64,000 nucleotides of DNA from a bacterium. Lineage in GTDB: Bacteria > Zhuqueibacterota > Zhuqueibacteria > Residuimicrobiales > Krinioviventaceae. Both the position numbers and the translations under genes were made by a program. Below are positions 50,756 to 59,858 of this stretch, in pieces; within the stretch, counting starts at the first letter, position 1, and each line of letters opens with the position of its first letter. The notes under the pieces are model-generated. The model searched no databases. It saw nothing but the letters and a program-made list of their open reading frames with translations, and had not been told where the DNA came from. The DNA lies in NCBI GenBank assembly GCA_963693055.1, contig OY843751.1, positions 5,792,001 to 5,856,000 of the forward strand. The letters are read 5' to 3'.

Positions 50756-53314
50756 ATGTATACTATTAAAAATTATCAAGTAGTGTCTACGCTACCCGAA
50801 AACCTTGAATTTCTCAAAGAACTTGCATATAACTTGTACTGGAGTTGGGACCATGAATCCCGATCAATCTTTAGACGCCTGGATCCCGATTTGTGGGAAG
50901 CTTCAAACCGAAATCCCATTGTATTGTTGGGACAACTTGATCAGGAAAAATTAAAAACCTTTTCCCAGGACGAAGGCTTTTTGGCATTTCTAAACAGAGT
51001 ACAGAATAAATTGTCTGACTATATGGAACGAAAAACATGGTACTCTGAAAATATAAAATTAAAAGATACCCGTTTTGCTTACTTTTCCATGGAATTTGGT
51101 CTTGCAAACGGACTTCCTATCTATTCCGGCGGTTTAGGAATTCTGGCTGGCGATCATTTAAAATCTGCCAGCGACTTGGGCATTCCTCTTGTTGGTGTAG
51201 GTTTATTGTATCAGCAGGGATATTTTCAACAATATCTTGCCAGAGATGGCTGGCAACAGGAAACATATCCACTCAATGATTTTTACAATCTTCCGGTCAA
51301 GCTGGAACGAGACGATAGCGGAGATCCGGTAAAAATTTCTGTCGACTATCCTGAAGGTAAAGTTTACGCACAAATCTGGAAATGCCAGGTAGGACGTGTA
51401 CCCCTTTACCTCTTAGACACCAATATACAAGAAAATGATCCGCAGTACCGCACAATTACCGCTCAACTCTACGGTGGAGACAATGAAAACCGTATCAAAC
51501 AAGAATTGCTTTTGGGTATAGGAGGCGTAAGAGCCCTGGATGCCCTTAAAATAAGACCAGATGTTTGCCACATGAATGAAGGTCACTCTGCATTTCTAGT
51601 AATTGAACGTTTACATCAGTTGATGCAAGAGCAAAAAATGAGCTTTTCTGAGGCAACCGAAGCGGTCAAGGTTAGTAGTGTTTTTACCACCCACACCCCG
51701 GTACCCGCAGGCATTGACGAATTTGACATTCAGTTAATGGATACTTATTTGGGCAGCTATATAGATGCACTGTCATTATCCAGAGAACAATTTTATCGCT
51801 TTGGTGGTACGCACTTTGAGGAAACTGGTGGTAAGTTCAATATGGCAATTTTCGCTATAAACTTTGCCGGTGCCTGCAATGGTGTTAGTAAACTGCACGG
51901 TCAGGTTGCACGCGACATGTGGCATTATTTATGGCCCGAACTTCCCAAAGATGAAGTTCCCATTGGGCATGTTACCAATGGTGTTCATATACGTTCGTGG
52001 ATATCTGAAGATATGGCTGAATTGTTTAGTCGTTATCTGGGACCCTATTGGTACAGAAATCCGTTGGACGAATCTCAATGGCCCAAGATCGATCTCATTC
52101 CCGATGAAGAATTGTGGCGTACACATGAAAGACGCCGGGAACGGTTGGTTGCCATTGCCCGAAACCGATTGCACAAACACATGGTACGGTCTGGTGCAAG
52201 TAAAAAAGAAATTGAAATTGCAAGCGAAGTTCTTGATCCTGAAGCTTTAACTATAGGATTTGCAAGGCGTTTTGCTCAATATAAACGCGCGTATCTTCTC
52301 TTTAAAGATACAGAGCGGTTAAATAAAATCCTGAACAATAAAGATATGCCTGTACAAATCATCTTTGCGGGTAAAGCCCACCCAAGAGACAAGATAGGTA
52401 AAGGAATCATTCAGGATATTACAAGTGTTATTCGCCAGGAAGAATTCAGACACAAGATTGTCTTTTTAGAAAATTATGACATTACACTGGGTTCATATCT
52501 GGTACAAGGTGTAGATGTCTGGCTGAATAACCCAAGACGCCCCCGTGAAGCAAGTGGTACCAGCGGAATGAAAGCTGGCGCAAATGGCGCATTAAACTTG
52601 AGTATTCTTGACGGCTGGTGGGATGAGGCTTACAACACCGGAATTGGCTGGGCAATTGGACAAGGCGAAGAATATTCAGATACAGAAGAACAGGATCTTT
52701 TAGAATCTGCGGCTCTTTATCATTTACTTGAAAATGACGTGATACCTACTTTTTATCGACGCAGCAAAAACAATCTGCCAAGAGACTGGATCAGTATGAT
52801 GAAAAACATCATCAAAGAGGTATCGCCCGTTTATAATACAAACAGAATGGTTCGTGAATATTTACAAAAATATTACCAAACCTCTGCTGAACAATGGTTC
52901 CAATTCAGCGAAAATAATTTCGCAATTACCAAAGGCCTGTCCAAATGGAAAAGTACAATGGTAAAAAACTGGAACCAAATTAAAATATTGGAAGTAACAT
53001 CAGAAAATTTCCAGGAAATCTCTGTTGGTGATGACTTTTCAATTACCGCAACTTTGGATATGAAAAACATTAAACCACAAGATGTAAATATAGAGATTTA
53101 TTACGGAAGACTGGACAGTGAAGGTGAAATCACCGCCGGCGAAACGGTTTCTATGAAACCTGAAGGCACACCCACTGACAGTGTTTATAAATACAAAGCA
53201 GAAATACCCTGTAATCATACCGGACAGCATGGCTTTTCTCTGCGGGTACTGCCTTTCCATGATAACTTGAAAAACCCGCACGAAATGGGCCTGATCACCT
53301 GGTACAAGGGTTAA
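50756..53314 (+). CDS. glgP: Alpha-glucan (glycogen/starch) phosphorylase
   Basis: YFSMEFG, YSGGLGILAGD, NEGH, GFARRF, AGKAHP and PLP-site EASGTSGMK motifs. Confidence 0.96.
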   Translation: MYTIKNYQVVSTLPENLEFLKELAYNLYWSWDHESRSIFRRLDPDLWEASNRNPIVLLGQLDQEKLKTFSQDEGFLAFLNRVQNKLSDYMERKTWYSENIKLKDTRFAYFSMEFGLANGLPIYSGGLGILAGDHLKSASDLGIPLVGVGLLYQQGYFQQYLARDGWQQETYPLNDFYNLPVKLERDDSGDPVKISVDYPEGKVYAQIWKCQVGRVPLYLLDTNIQENDPQYRTITAQLYGGDNENRIKQELLLGIGGVRALDALKIRPDVCHMNEGHSAFLVIERLHQLMQEQKMSFSEATEAVKVSSVFTTHTPVPAGIDEFDIQLMDTYLGSYIDALSLSREQFYRFGGTHFEETGGKFNMAIFAINFAGACNGVSKLHGQVARDMWHYLWPELPKDEVPIGHVTNGVHIRSWISEDMAELFSRYLGPYWYRNPLDESQWPKIDLIPDEELWRTHERRRERLVAIARNRLHKHMVRSGASKKEIEIASEVLDPEALTIGFARRFAQYKRAYLLFKDTERLNKILNNKDMPVQIIFAGKAHPRDKIGKGIIQDITSVIRQEEFRHKIVFLENYDITLGSYLVQGVDVWLNNPRRPREASGTSGMKAGANGALNLSILDGWWDEAYNTGIGWAIGQGEEYSDTEEQDLLESAALYHLLENDVIPTFYRRSKNNLPRDWISMMKNIIKEVSPVYNTNRMVREYLQKYYQTSAEQWFQFSENNFAITKGLSKWKSTMVKNWNQIKILEVTSENFQEISVGDDFSITATLDMKNIKPQDVNIEIYYGRLDSEGEITAGETVSMKPEGTPTDSVYKYKAEIPCNHTGQHGFSLRVLPFHDNLKNPHEMGLITWYKG

Positions 53315-53345
53315 TCATTAAACTGAGGTAAATGGGGACCAGGAT

Positions 53346-54500
53346 ATGAATATTAGTAAAATATCGGTCAAAGCGTTCAAGTCGATTTACGATCTTTCAG
53401 TACCCCTTGATTCCAAGATCAATGTTTTCATTGGCGCAAACGAAAATGGAAAAACAAACCTGTTAAAATCTGTTGAAGCATTCCGTACCGATGTGCCCTT
53501 TGACAGTTCAATTACTTGCCAATATTCAAGTCATTATCATGAAGGCAAATGTCCCGAAATTATACTCGAATTTTCAAATTTTTCCAAAGAAAATCGTAGA
53601 AAATTATTGTTGGTTTCAGACGTATTCAAGGATGTAACCAGCTTTCAAATTAAAAGAGATGGCCCGGATATTTCAAACTATCATCTCTATATTGGAGATG
53701 AAGAGTTTGAAAAAGTAGATATGAAAAAACTGATGCTGGCTTTGCCCAAAATCATTTATTTCAGTGAAATACCTCTACTTAAAAACAAGGTCAACTATGA
53801 AAGCCTGATCTCAAACAGTGCAGAATTTTCAACTGAAAAAAATCTGCTTAGAATTGGCAACATTGATGATTACGATCTGATATTTGAAGACAGTTCTCGA
53901 GGCAGACGCGCGGCAGAAGAAGCAAGCCGTATTATTACAGAACAAATTCGAAGGGTATGGTCTCAGGAACAGTCTATAGAGATCAAACTCCATATCAACG
54001 GAAATGTATTGTATATTGACTTTGCGGATTCAACCACGGTATTAGACCCGCCGGAATCACGCAGTCTGGGCTTTCGCTGGTACCTCTCTTTTTATGTCAA
54101 CTTTATTACCAAGACCTTTGAAGACCGTTCAACAGATTACGTATTTTTAATCGATGAGCCGGGCATTCATTTGCATCCAGCGGGACAAAAAGATTTAATT
54201 CAGGTTCTTGAAGAATTATCTGTAAACAATCAGATTCTTTATACAACCCACTCGCCTTTTCTTATTGATCGGCGTCACCCGGAGCGGGTTTTCCTGATCA
54301 GTAAGGATAAAAACGGTACCAATGTAGATACTCAAGCATATCGTGACAACTGGAAACCCCTTCGCAAACAAATTGGCCTTGCCATTAGTGATCTGTTTTT
54401 CTTTAATGACAAAAGCCTGATACTTGAACTGCCAACCCGTAAAAAGTTTAATATTGTAACTAAAAAGGACCAGGAAAACGGTTCAGGAATGATAAATTGA
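53346..54500 (+). CDS. OLD-family/AAA_15-type ABC-like ATPase lacking a TOPRIM domain
   Basis: FKSI, GANENGKTN, RSLGFRWY, LIDEPGIHLHP and YTTHSPF motifs. The protein ends where TOPRIM would begin. Confidence 0.85.
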   Translation: MNISKISVKAFKSIYDLSVPLDSKINVFIGANENGKTNLLKSVEAFRTDVPFDSSITCQYSSHYHEGKCPEIILEFSNFSKENRRKLLLVSDVFKDVTSFQIKRDGPDISNYHLYIGDEEFEKVDMKKLMLALPKIIYFSEIPLLKNKVNYESLISNSAEFSTEKNLLRIGNIDDYDLIFEDSSRGRRAAEEASRIITEQIRRVWSQEQSIEIKLHINGNVLYIDFADSTTVLDPPESRSLGFRWYLSFYVNFITKTFEDRSTDYVFLIDEPGIHLHPAGQKDLIQVLEELSVNNQILYTTHSPFLIDRRHPERVFLISKDKNGTNVDTQAYRDNWKPLRKQIGLAISDLFFFNDKSLILELPTRKKFNIVTKKDQENGSGMIN

Positions 54501-55417
54501 GTTCAATATGTGATGTACCGGGGATTAGGGTTGGGCACTCACAAAACACATCTGCAAAAACAGGTTGTACAGTTATTCTTCCTGAAAAGGAATCTGTTGC
54601 GGGAATAGATATCAGGGGCTCCGCGCCAGGCACACGAGAGACTGAAGTACTGCAGCCAGTCCGTTTAATCAATCACATACATGGTATTTTATTGACAGGT
54701 GGTAGTGCGTTTGGCTTGAATGCTGCCGCCGGCGTTCAACGCTACCTGGAATCCATTGAAATGGGTTATGATGTTGGCGTGGCTAAAATACCCATTGTTC
54801 CGGCTGCTGTTATTTTTGATCTTGCCGTGGGTGACGCATCAGTTCGCCCTGATGAAAAGATGGGTTATGACGCCTGTATTAACGCTTCTCATAGAGAGTT
54901 TCGTGAAGGCCTTATTGGCGCGGGATGTGGTGCAACCGTTGGTAAAATACGTGGACAAGCTTATGCATCAGCAGGCGGAATTGGGACCTGTTCTCACTCC
55001 TTTTCAAATGGAGTTGTCATTGGTGTGTTAACCGTGGTTAATCCCCTGGGTGAAGTTATTGATCCCGAAACCAATGCTATTCTTGCCGGAGCCAAAACCA
55101 ATGACGGCACCGATTATGTAGAATCGCTCAAGCTTATGGAGCAAATGTCAGACCCCAATTTCCCGTCGGCAAACACAACCCTGTCTGTCGTAGCTACCAA
55201 TGCTGAATTTAATAAAGAAGATTGCATCAAAATCGCACAAATGGCTCAGGATGGCTTTGCCAGAACGATTCGACCCGCTCATACTTTATATGACGGGGAT
55301 ATTGTTTTTGCCATGTCTTGTGGGGAAAAACAACTGGATATTAACCTTGCAGGAGCAATGGCTTGTGAACTGGTTGCAGAAAGCATTGTACGCGCAGTCC
55401 ATGCCAGCCAGGATTAA
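54497..55417 (+). CDS. P1/S58-family (DmpA-like) aminopeptidase
   Basis: DVPGIRVGH, TGCTV, RGSAPGTRET, LTGGSAFGL, NTT and DGDIVF motifs. Confidence 0.93.
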   Translation: MSSICDVPGIRVGHSQNTSAKTGCTVILPEKESVAGIDIRGSAPGTRETEVLQPVRLINHIHGILLTGGSAFGLNAAAGVQRYLESIEMGYDVGVAKIPIVPAAVIFDLAVGDASVRPDEKMGYDACINASHREFREGLIGAGCGATVGKIRGQAYASAGGIGTCSHSFSNGVVIGVLTVVNPLGEVIDPETNAILAGAKTNDGTDYVESLKLMEQMSDPNFPSANTTLSVVATNAEFNKEDCIKIAQMAQDGFARTIRPAHTLYDGDIVFAMSCGEKQLDINLAGAMACELVAESIVRAVHASQD

Positions 55418-55441
55418 TGCGCTAAATAAAATCTAACCGCT

Positions 55442-56146
55442 TTACGCATTCAAATCAAAAAGTTGGCAGTTCCTATGGACAAGCATACGTGCCATCTCTC
55501 CCTCGTTGAACAGCAAATCAAGAACAGATAATGGAAAATAAAAATCCGGATATTGCTGAAAATAGTTTATCGGTTCTATAGAAAATTCGTTAAGTGTGAC
55601 CCCCTTTTTCCGCAGCCATTCCAGATCAAGCAGTTTTTTTTCAAAGGATTCGATTATAAACGTATTGCAGCCAGCATGTTTACACCAGGCAACAATGCGC
55701 TCATTACGATCTGATATTATGGGCAGTCCTGCGGAATCAACAATCTCTGTCTCAATTTTAAGCCAGGAAGAGATTAATTCCAGCCCTTGTTTCAGAAAAG
55801 GATTGAGAGCGTCCGGTGGTTTTTGAAGCATCTCCATTAATGCGTCACAATAGTAATAATAATAAGCGGAATTTTTGTAATTCAGCTCGAGTGAACGACG
55901 ATGCCGCTGCTGCCAGTCTTCATGATTGTCGATCAACACATCTGCTATGGGTGTTTTGATCCCGGGGGACAACACCGGTATGGTTAACCACTTGGGGCCG
56001 GCTATGGTTTTGATACGTGTGCGGTTGATGTTGCCATGTTTATGAAAATAAAACGGGTCCGCCCAAATCACTTTATCCGTTGACAATAGCTTACCAATTT
56101 GGTCTATAGAGTGAAAATACGAGGGTTGTAATACAGTTAATTTCAA
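55442..56146 (-). CDS. WbqC-family protein
   Basis: LQPSY, NRTRI...WLTIPV and LSVLDLLFNEG motifs. Confidence 0.9.
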   Translation of the reverse strand: MKLTVLQPSYFHSIDQIGKLLSTDKVIWADPFYFHKHGNINRTRIKTIAGPKWLTIPVLSPGIKTPIADVLIDNHEDWQQRHRRSLELNYKNSAYYYYYCDALMEMLQKPPDALNPFLKQGLELISSWLKIETEIVDSAGLPIISDRNERIVAWCKHAGCNTFIIESFEKKLLDLEWLRKKGVTLNEFSIEPINYFQQYPDFYFPLSVLDLLFNEGEMARMLVHRNCQLFDLNA

Positions 56147-56158
56147 GATACCGGCTTT

Positions 56159-57283
56159 TTAAAAAGATTCGTATAATGATAATAATGTGGCAGCATCCAG
56201 TTCCCAGTTGTATGTGGATTTACAATAGGCTCTTCCCTGCTCTCCCATCTCAATCAATCTTGCAGGATCATCCAATAATGATGCTGCTGCTTGTGCATAG
56301 GCTTTAATATCATCAGAACCGACTACCAATCCGCTTTGAGATTCACCGAATATCCTAACCAGGCTAGGCAGGTTACTGGCAATTACCGGTAACGCGCAAG
56401 CCATATACTCGAACACTTTATTTGGAAAGATCATCCGCAGCATCTGCTGGTTCTTTTGCCAGGGAATAAGACCGATTTTGGATTGTGCCAGGTATTCCGG
56501 CACCTCTTCGTGAGGAACAAAATTAATGTGCTCTATAACAGAATCCAGATTCTTTTCCTGAATATAGGCTTTGGTCTCGGTTTCAACATGAGGTTCGTTA
56601 AATGGTCCCAACAGTAACAGTTTTACATCGGGATGGGTTTTATGCAGCTCTGCCATCATATCCACCAACACCCTGGCACCCCGAACGATTGTAAGGCCAC
56701 CCAGATAAATTAACCGATTTTGTCGGGGCAAATTTTTTGCAAGAGCTTTATCAAATTGGTCCAGTTTGGGCAGGTTGCGCACCATAATAGTTTTACAGCC
56801 CTTGTCGTCAAATCTTTTTTGCTGGTCAGGTACAACGCATACCACCGCATCCAATTTCTTTGCCATGGCCGGCTCAATAAATGCAATAAAGCGGGAAAGC
56901 AGGGGCTTTAACCAGTTGGGATACCAAACCCGCTCATACACCGCTTCGGGAAAATTCTCATGACAATCATAGATCACCCTTTTACGGGTAATCCATTTCA
57001 AAAAAACACCAACGGGCAGCAATTCAAAATCATGAAAATGATAAACATCCGCTTTCTCTTTGAGGCAAAGAGATGCAAACCGGAACACATTCAACAGTCT
57101 AAAGAAACGGTTCGATGGTCGCTTTACACCCTTGACTAAAACTCCAAAACGCTCTTCTCTTTCAAAATCGGCATGGGCCAGCAGCGTTACCTCGTGCCCG
57201 CCTTTTGCAAGTGAACATGCCTGTTTATGGAATACCCGCACATCAAAGGGACGGTGAACGGTTGTAAATACACAAACCTTCAT
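56159..57283 (-). CDS. Glycosyltransferase family 4
   Basis: H.PFDVRVF, YHFHDFEL, YDCHE and PNKVFEYMACALPVIAS motifs. Confidence 0.93.
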   Translation of the reverse strand: MKVCVFTTVHRPFDVRVFHKQACSLAKGGHEVTLLAHADFEREERFGVLVKGVKRPSNRFFRLLNVFRFASLCLKEKADVYHFHDFELLPVGVFLKWITRKRVIYDCHENFPEAVYERVWYPNWLKPLLSRFIAFIEPAMAKKLDAVVCVVPDQQKRFDDKGCKTIMVRNLPKLDQFDKALAKNLPRQNRLIYLGGLTIVRGARVLVDMMAELHKTHPDVKLLLLGPFNEPHVETETKAYIQEKNLDSVIEHINFVPHEEVPEYLAQSKIGLIPWQKNQQMLRMIFPNKVFEYMACALPVIASNLPSLVRIFGESQSGLVVGSDDIKAYAQAAASLLDDPARLIEMGEQGRAYCKSTYNWELDAATLLSLYESF

Positions 57284-57287
57284 AAAA

Positions 57288-59453
57288 TTAGTCCATCACC
57301 ATGCTGAGACCAATACGTCCGCGCTCTCTGTCAATGGTTATAACCTTGACTTCAACAATGTCTCCTACCTTGACAATATCCAACGGATTTTTCACAAACT
57401 GTTTGGCCATGCGGCTGAGGTGTACCAAACCATCCTGTTTTACACCAATGTCCACAAACGCTCCAAAATCCACAACATTGCGCACAGTGCCTTTTAATAC
57501 CATGCCTTCGGACAAATCGTCCATACTCAACACATCGTTACGCAGAATGGGTTTCGGCATATCGTCACGGGGATCGCGATTGGGTTTTTCGAGACTGTCA
57601 ATAATATCGCTCAATGTTTCAGGCCCGCAGCCACACACATCGGCAAGATCTCTGATGGATTTTTTAGAAGATTTCATTTTCAGTTTAATGACCTGACCAT
57701 CAGAACGAATGGATTCTACAGGTACCTGCAATTCAAAAAGCAACTTTTCCGTTGCAGGATATGATTCAGGGTGAACAGCAGTGCGATCAAAAAACACATC
57801 ACTTTCAGGAATACGCAAAAATCCCGCCGACTGCACAAAGGCATTGTCTCCCAAACCCTTAACTTTTTTCAGTTCAATACGACTGTGAAACCTGCCGTTT
57901 TCTTCACGGTATTTAACAATATTCTCTGCTACACGGCTGTTTACACCGGCAACATATTTCAAAAGCGATGCAGATGCGGTATTGAGATCTACACCCACCT
58001 GATTCACTGCAGATTCAACTACCTGGTCTAACGCTTCCGAAAGGTGGCCCTGGTTCACATCATGCTGATAGAGTCCTACGCCAATAGATTTGGGATCAAT
58101 TTTCACCAATTCAGACATGGGATCAAGCAACCGACGCGCTATTGAGATATTCCCGCGCATGGATGCTTCCAGCTCGGGGAACTCTTTTTTCGCTACCGGA
58201 GATGCAGAGTAAACAGATGCGCCCGCTTCATTTACAATGGTGTAATATACTTCACCGTCCATTTCGCCAATCAGCTCTGCTGCCAATTTTTCTGTCTCAC
58301 GGCTGGCAGTACCGTTACCAATAGCTACAATATCCGCATGGTATTTTTCAATCATCGTTCTAACGGTATCTTTGGCTTGCATCCAGCGGTTTTGTGGTGG
58401 ATGGGGATAAATGGTTTCGCCTTCCAGGTACTTGCCGGTACCATCAATAACCGCTACTTTACATCCGGTACGGTAACCGGGATCAATACCCACAATCATC
58501 TTGTCTCGCAGGGGTGGTGTCATGAGCAGGGCTTTCAGGTTGCGTGCGAAAACTGCAATAGCGTGCTCATCTGCTTTTTCTGTCAACGCAGCGCGCACTT
58601 CGCGCTCGATTGCCGGAGAAATGAGTCTGCCGTAAGCATCAGCAATAGCGGTTTTAAGATCATCGGTAAAGATGCTTTTAGGATTGCTGACAAAAGCCTG
58701 TTCAATCTCGTAGATCATTTCACTTTCGTTCACCTCTACTTCGACTCGCAGAAAACTTTCCCGCTCTCCACGGTTAATTGCCAACACACGATATTCGGGA
58801 ATGGATTTGACCGGCTCAGAAAACTCTTTATATACATCATAATCACCAACATCACTGGCATTACGTGCTTCGGAGGCAAGTATGCCTTTATCAAAGGTGC
58901 GCTCACGGATCGTCTTGCGGACCTCGGCATTATCCGAAATGGTTTCGGCAACAATATCGCGTGCACCTTGCAGCGCGTCATCCGCTGACGCCACCTCTTT
59001 TTCTTCATTAATAAATTCAGCGGCATATTCATCAGGTGTGCCGGTTGTGGTTTCCTGTTTCAGGATCAACTCTGCAAGCGGTTCAAGTCCCTTTTCTTTG
59101 GCTATGGTGGCCCGTGTACGGCGTTTGGGTTTATAAGGCAGGTACAGGTCTTCAACTTCCTGTAGTTTTTCAGCAGCATTAATTTTGTCCGCCAGCTCGG
59201 GGGTCAGCTTGCCTTGCTCTTCAATGCTTTTCAGCACGGTCTGTTTACGTTCTTCCAGATTGCGCAAATAGCGAATACGGTCCCACACATCCCGAATCTG
59301 TTCTTCATCCAGACTGCCGGTCACCTCTTTACGGTAACGGGCGATAAAGGGCACGGTATTGTCATTGTCCAGCAGGTCTACGGTATTACGGACCTGGTTT
59401 ACGGATATATTGAGCTCTTGCGCAATGAGCGCAAACATTTGTTTCTCGTCCAC
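57288..59453 (-). CDS. tex: Tex-family RNA-binding transcriptional accessory protein
   Basis: TVPFIARYRKE, GIDPGYRTGCK, IGNGTASRET and GVGLYQHD motifs. C-terminal S1 domain. Confidence 0.97.
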   Translation of the reverse strand: MDEKQMFALIAQELNISVNQVRNTVDLLDNDNTVPFIARYRKEVTGSLDEEQIRDVWDRIRYLRNLEERKQTVLKSIEEQGKLTPELADKINAAEKLQEVEDLYLPYKPKRRTRATIAKEKGLEPLAELILKQETTTGTPDEYAAEFINEEKEVASADDALQGARDIVAETISDNAEVRKTIRERTFDKGILASEARNASDVGDYDVYKEFSEPVKSIPEYRVLAINRGERESFLRVEVEVNESEMIYEIEQAFVSNPKSIFTDDLKTAIADAYGRLISPAIEREVRAALTEKADEHAIAVFARNLKALLMTPPLRDKMIVGIDPGYRTGCKVAVIDGTGKYLEGETIYPHPPQNRWMQAKDTVRTMIEKYHADIVAIGNGTASRETEKLAAELIGEMDGEVYYTIVNEAGASVYSASPVAKKEFPELEASMRGNISIARRLLDPMSELVKIDPKSIGVGLYQHDVNQGHLSEALDQVVESAVNQVGVDLNTASASLLKYVAGVNSRVAENIVKYREENGRFHSRIELKKVKGLGDNAFVQSAGFLRIPESDVFFDRTAVHPESYPATEKLLFELQVPVESIRSDGQVIKLKMKSSKKSIRDLADVCGCGPETLSDIIDSLEKPNRDPRDDMPKPILRNDVLSMDDLSEGMVLKGTVRNVVDFGAFVDIGVKQDGLVHLSRMAKQFVKNPLDIVKVGDIVEVKVITIDRERGRIGLSMVMD

Positions 59454-59498
59454 GGGTGTTTCCTCCGGTAAATCAGTTTACATAGAATTGCGGCTGTA

Positions 59499-59527
59499 AA
59501 TATACGTTGATTGTGGGGCAAAATCAA
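59499..59527 (-). promoter_or_regulatory. Sigma70-type promoter upstream of tex
   Basis: TTGATT-17 nt-TATATT, identical hexamers to the parA candidate. Confidence 0.6.
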
Positions 59528-59858
59528 GGATTTTAAGGAAGGGCTTTAATCGTGGGGGAAGAAAACAAGATAAACCAAACGTGAGCGTCTAATACAAAAT
59601 GGAAAAACACCAAGTTGTGAGCTCGGTGCCGTTGTGAGAGTTGTTGTAACTTGTTAATAAGAAGATTAAAAATCTCAAAGGCACCAAAGCACAGGGAAAA
59701 CGTTAAATTAATAAAACTCGTATTACCAAGCCACATTAAAAGCTCACCTAAATATAATAATTCCCAAAATTCCTGTTGTACAATAACAAAGAATCTCCTA
59801 TTTTAAATTATATTGAACTTTTTATCCATCTGATCATTTTGAAAAGGATACTTTATAC

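Noticed and set aside
54420-54560. Frameshifted TOPRIM domain after the OLD-like ATPase
   Set aside because: I found no EGxxD-type continuation after the ILE codons, and the next gene begins immediately.
59533-59736. 67-aa ORF or riboswitch in the tex-transporter intergenic region
   Set aside because: There is no convincing SD or protein motif, and no riboswitch consensus that I could recognise. An Rfam scan would settle it.
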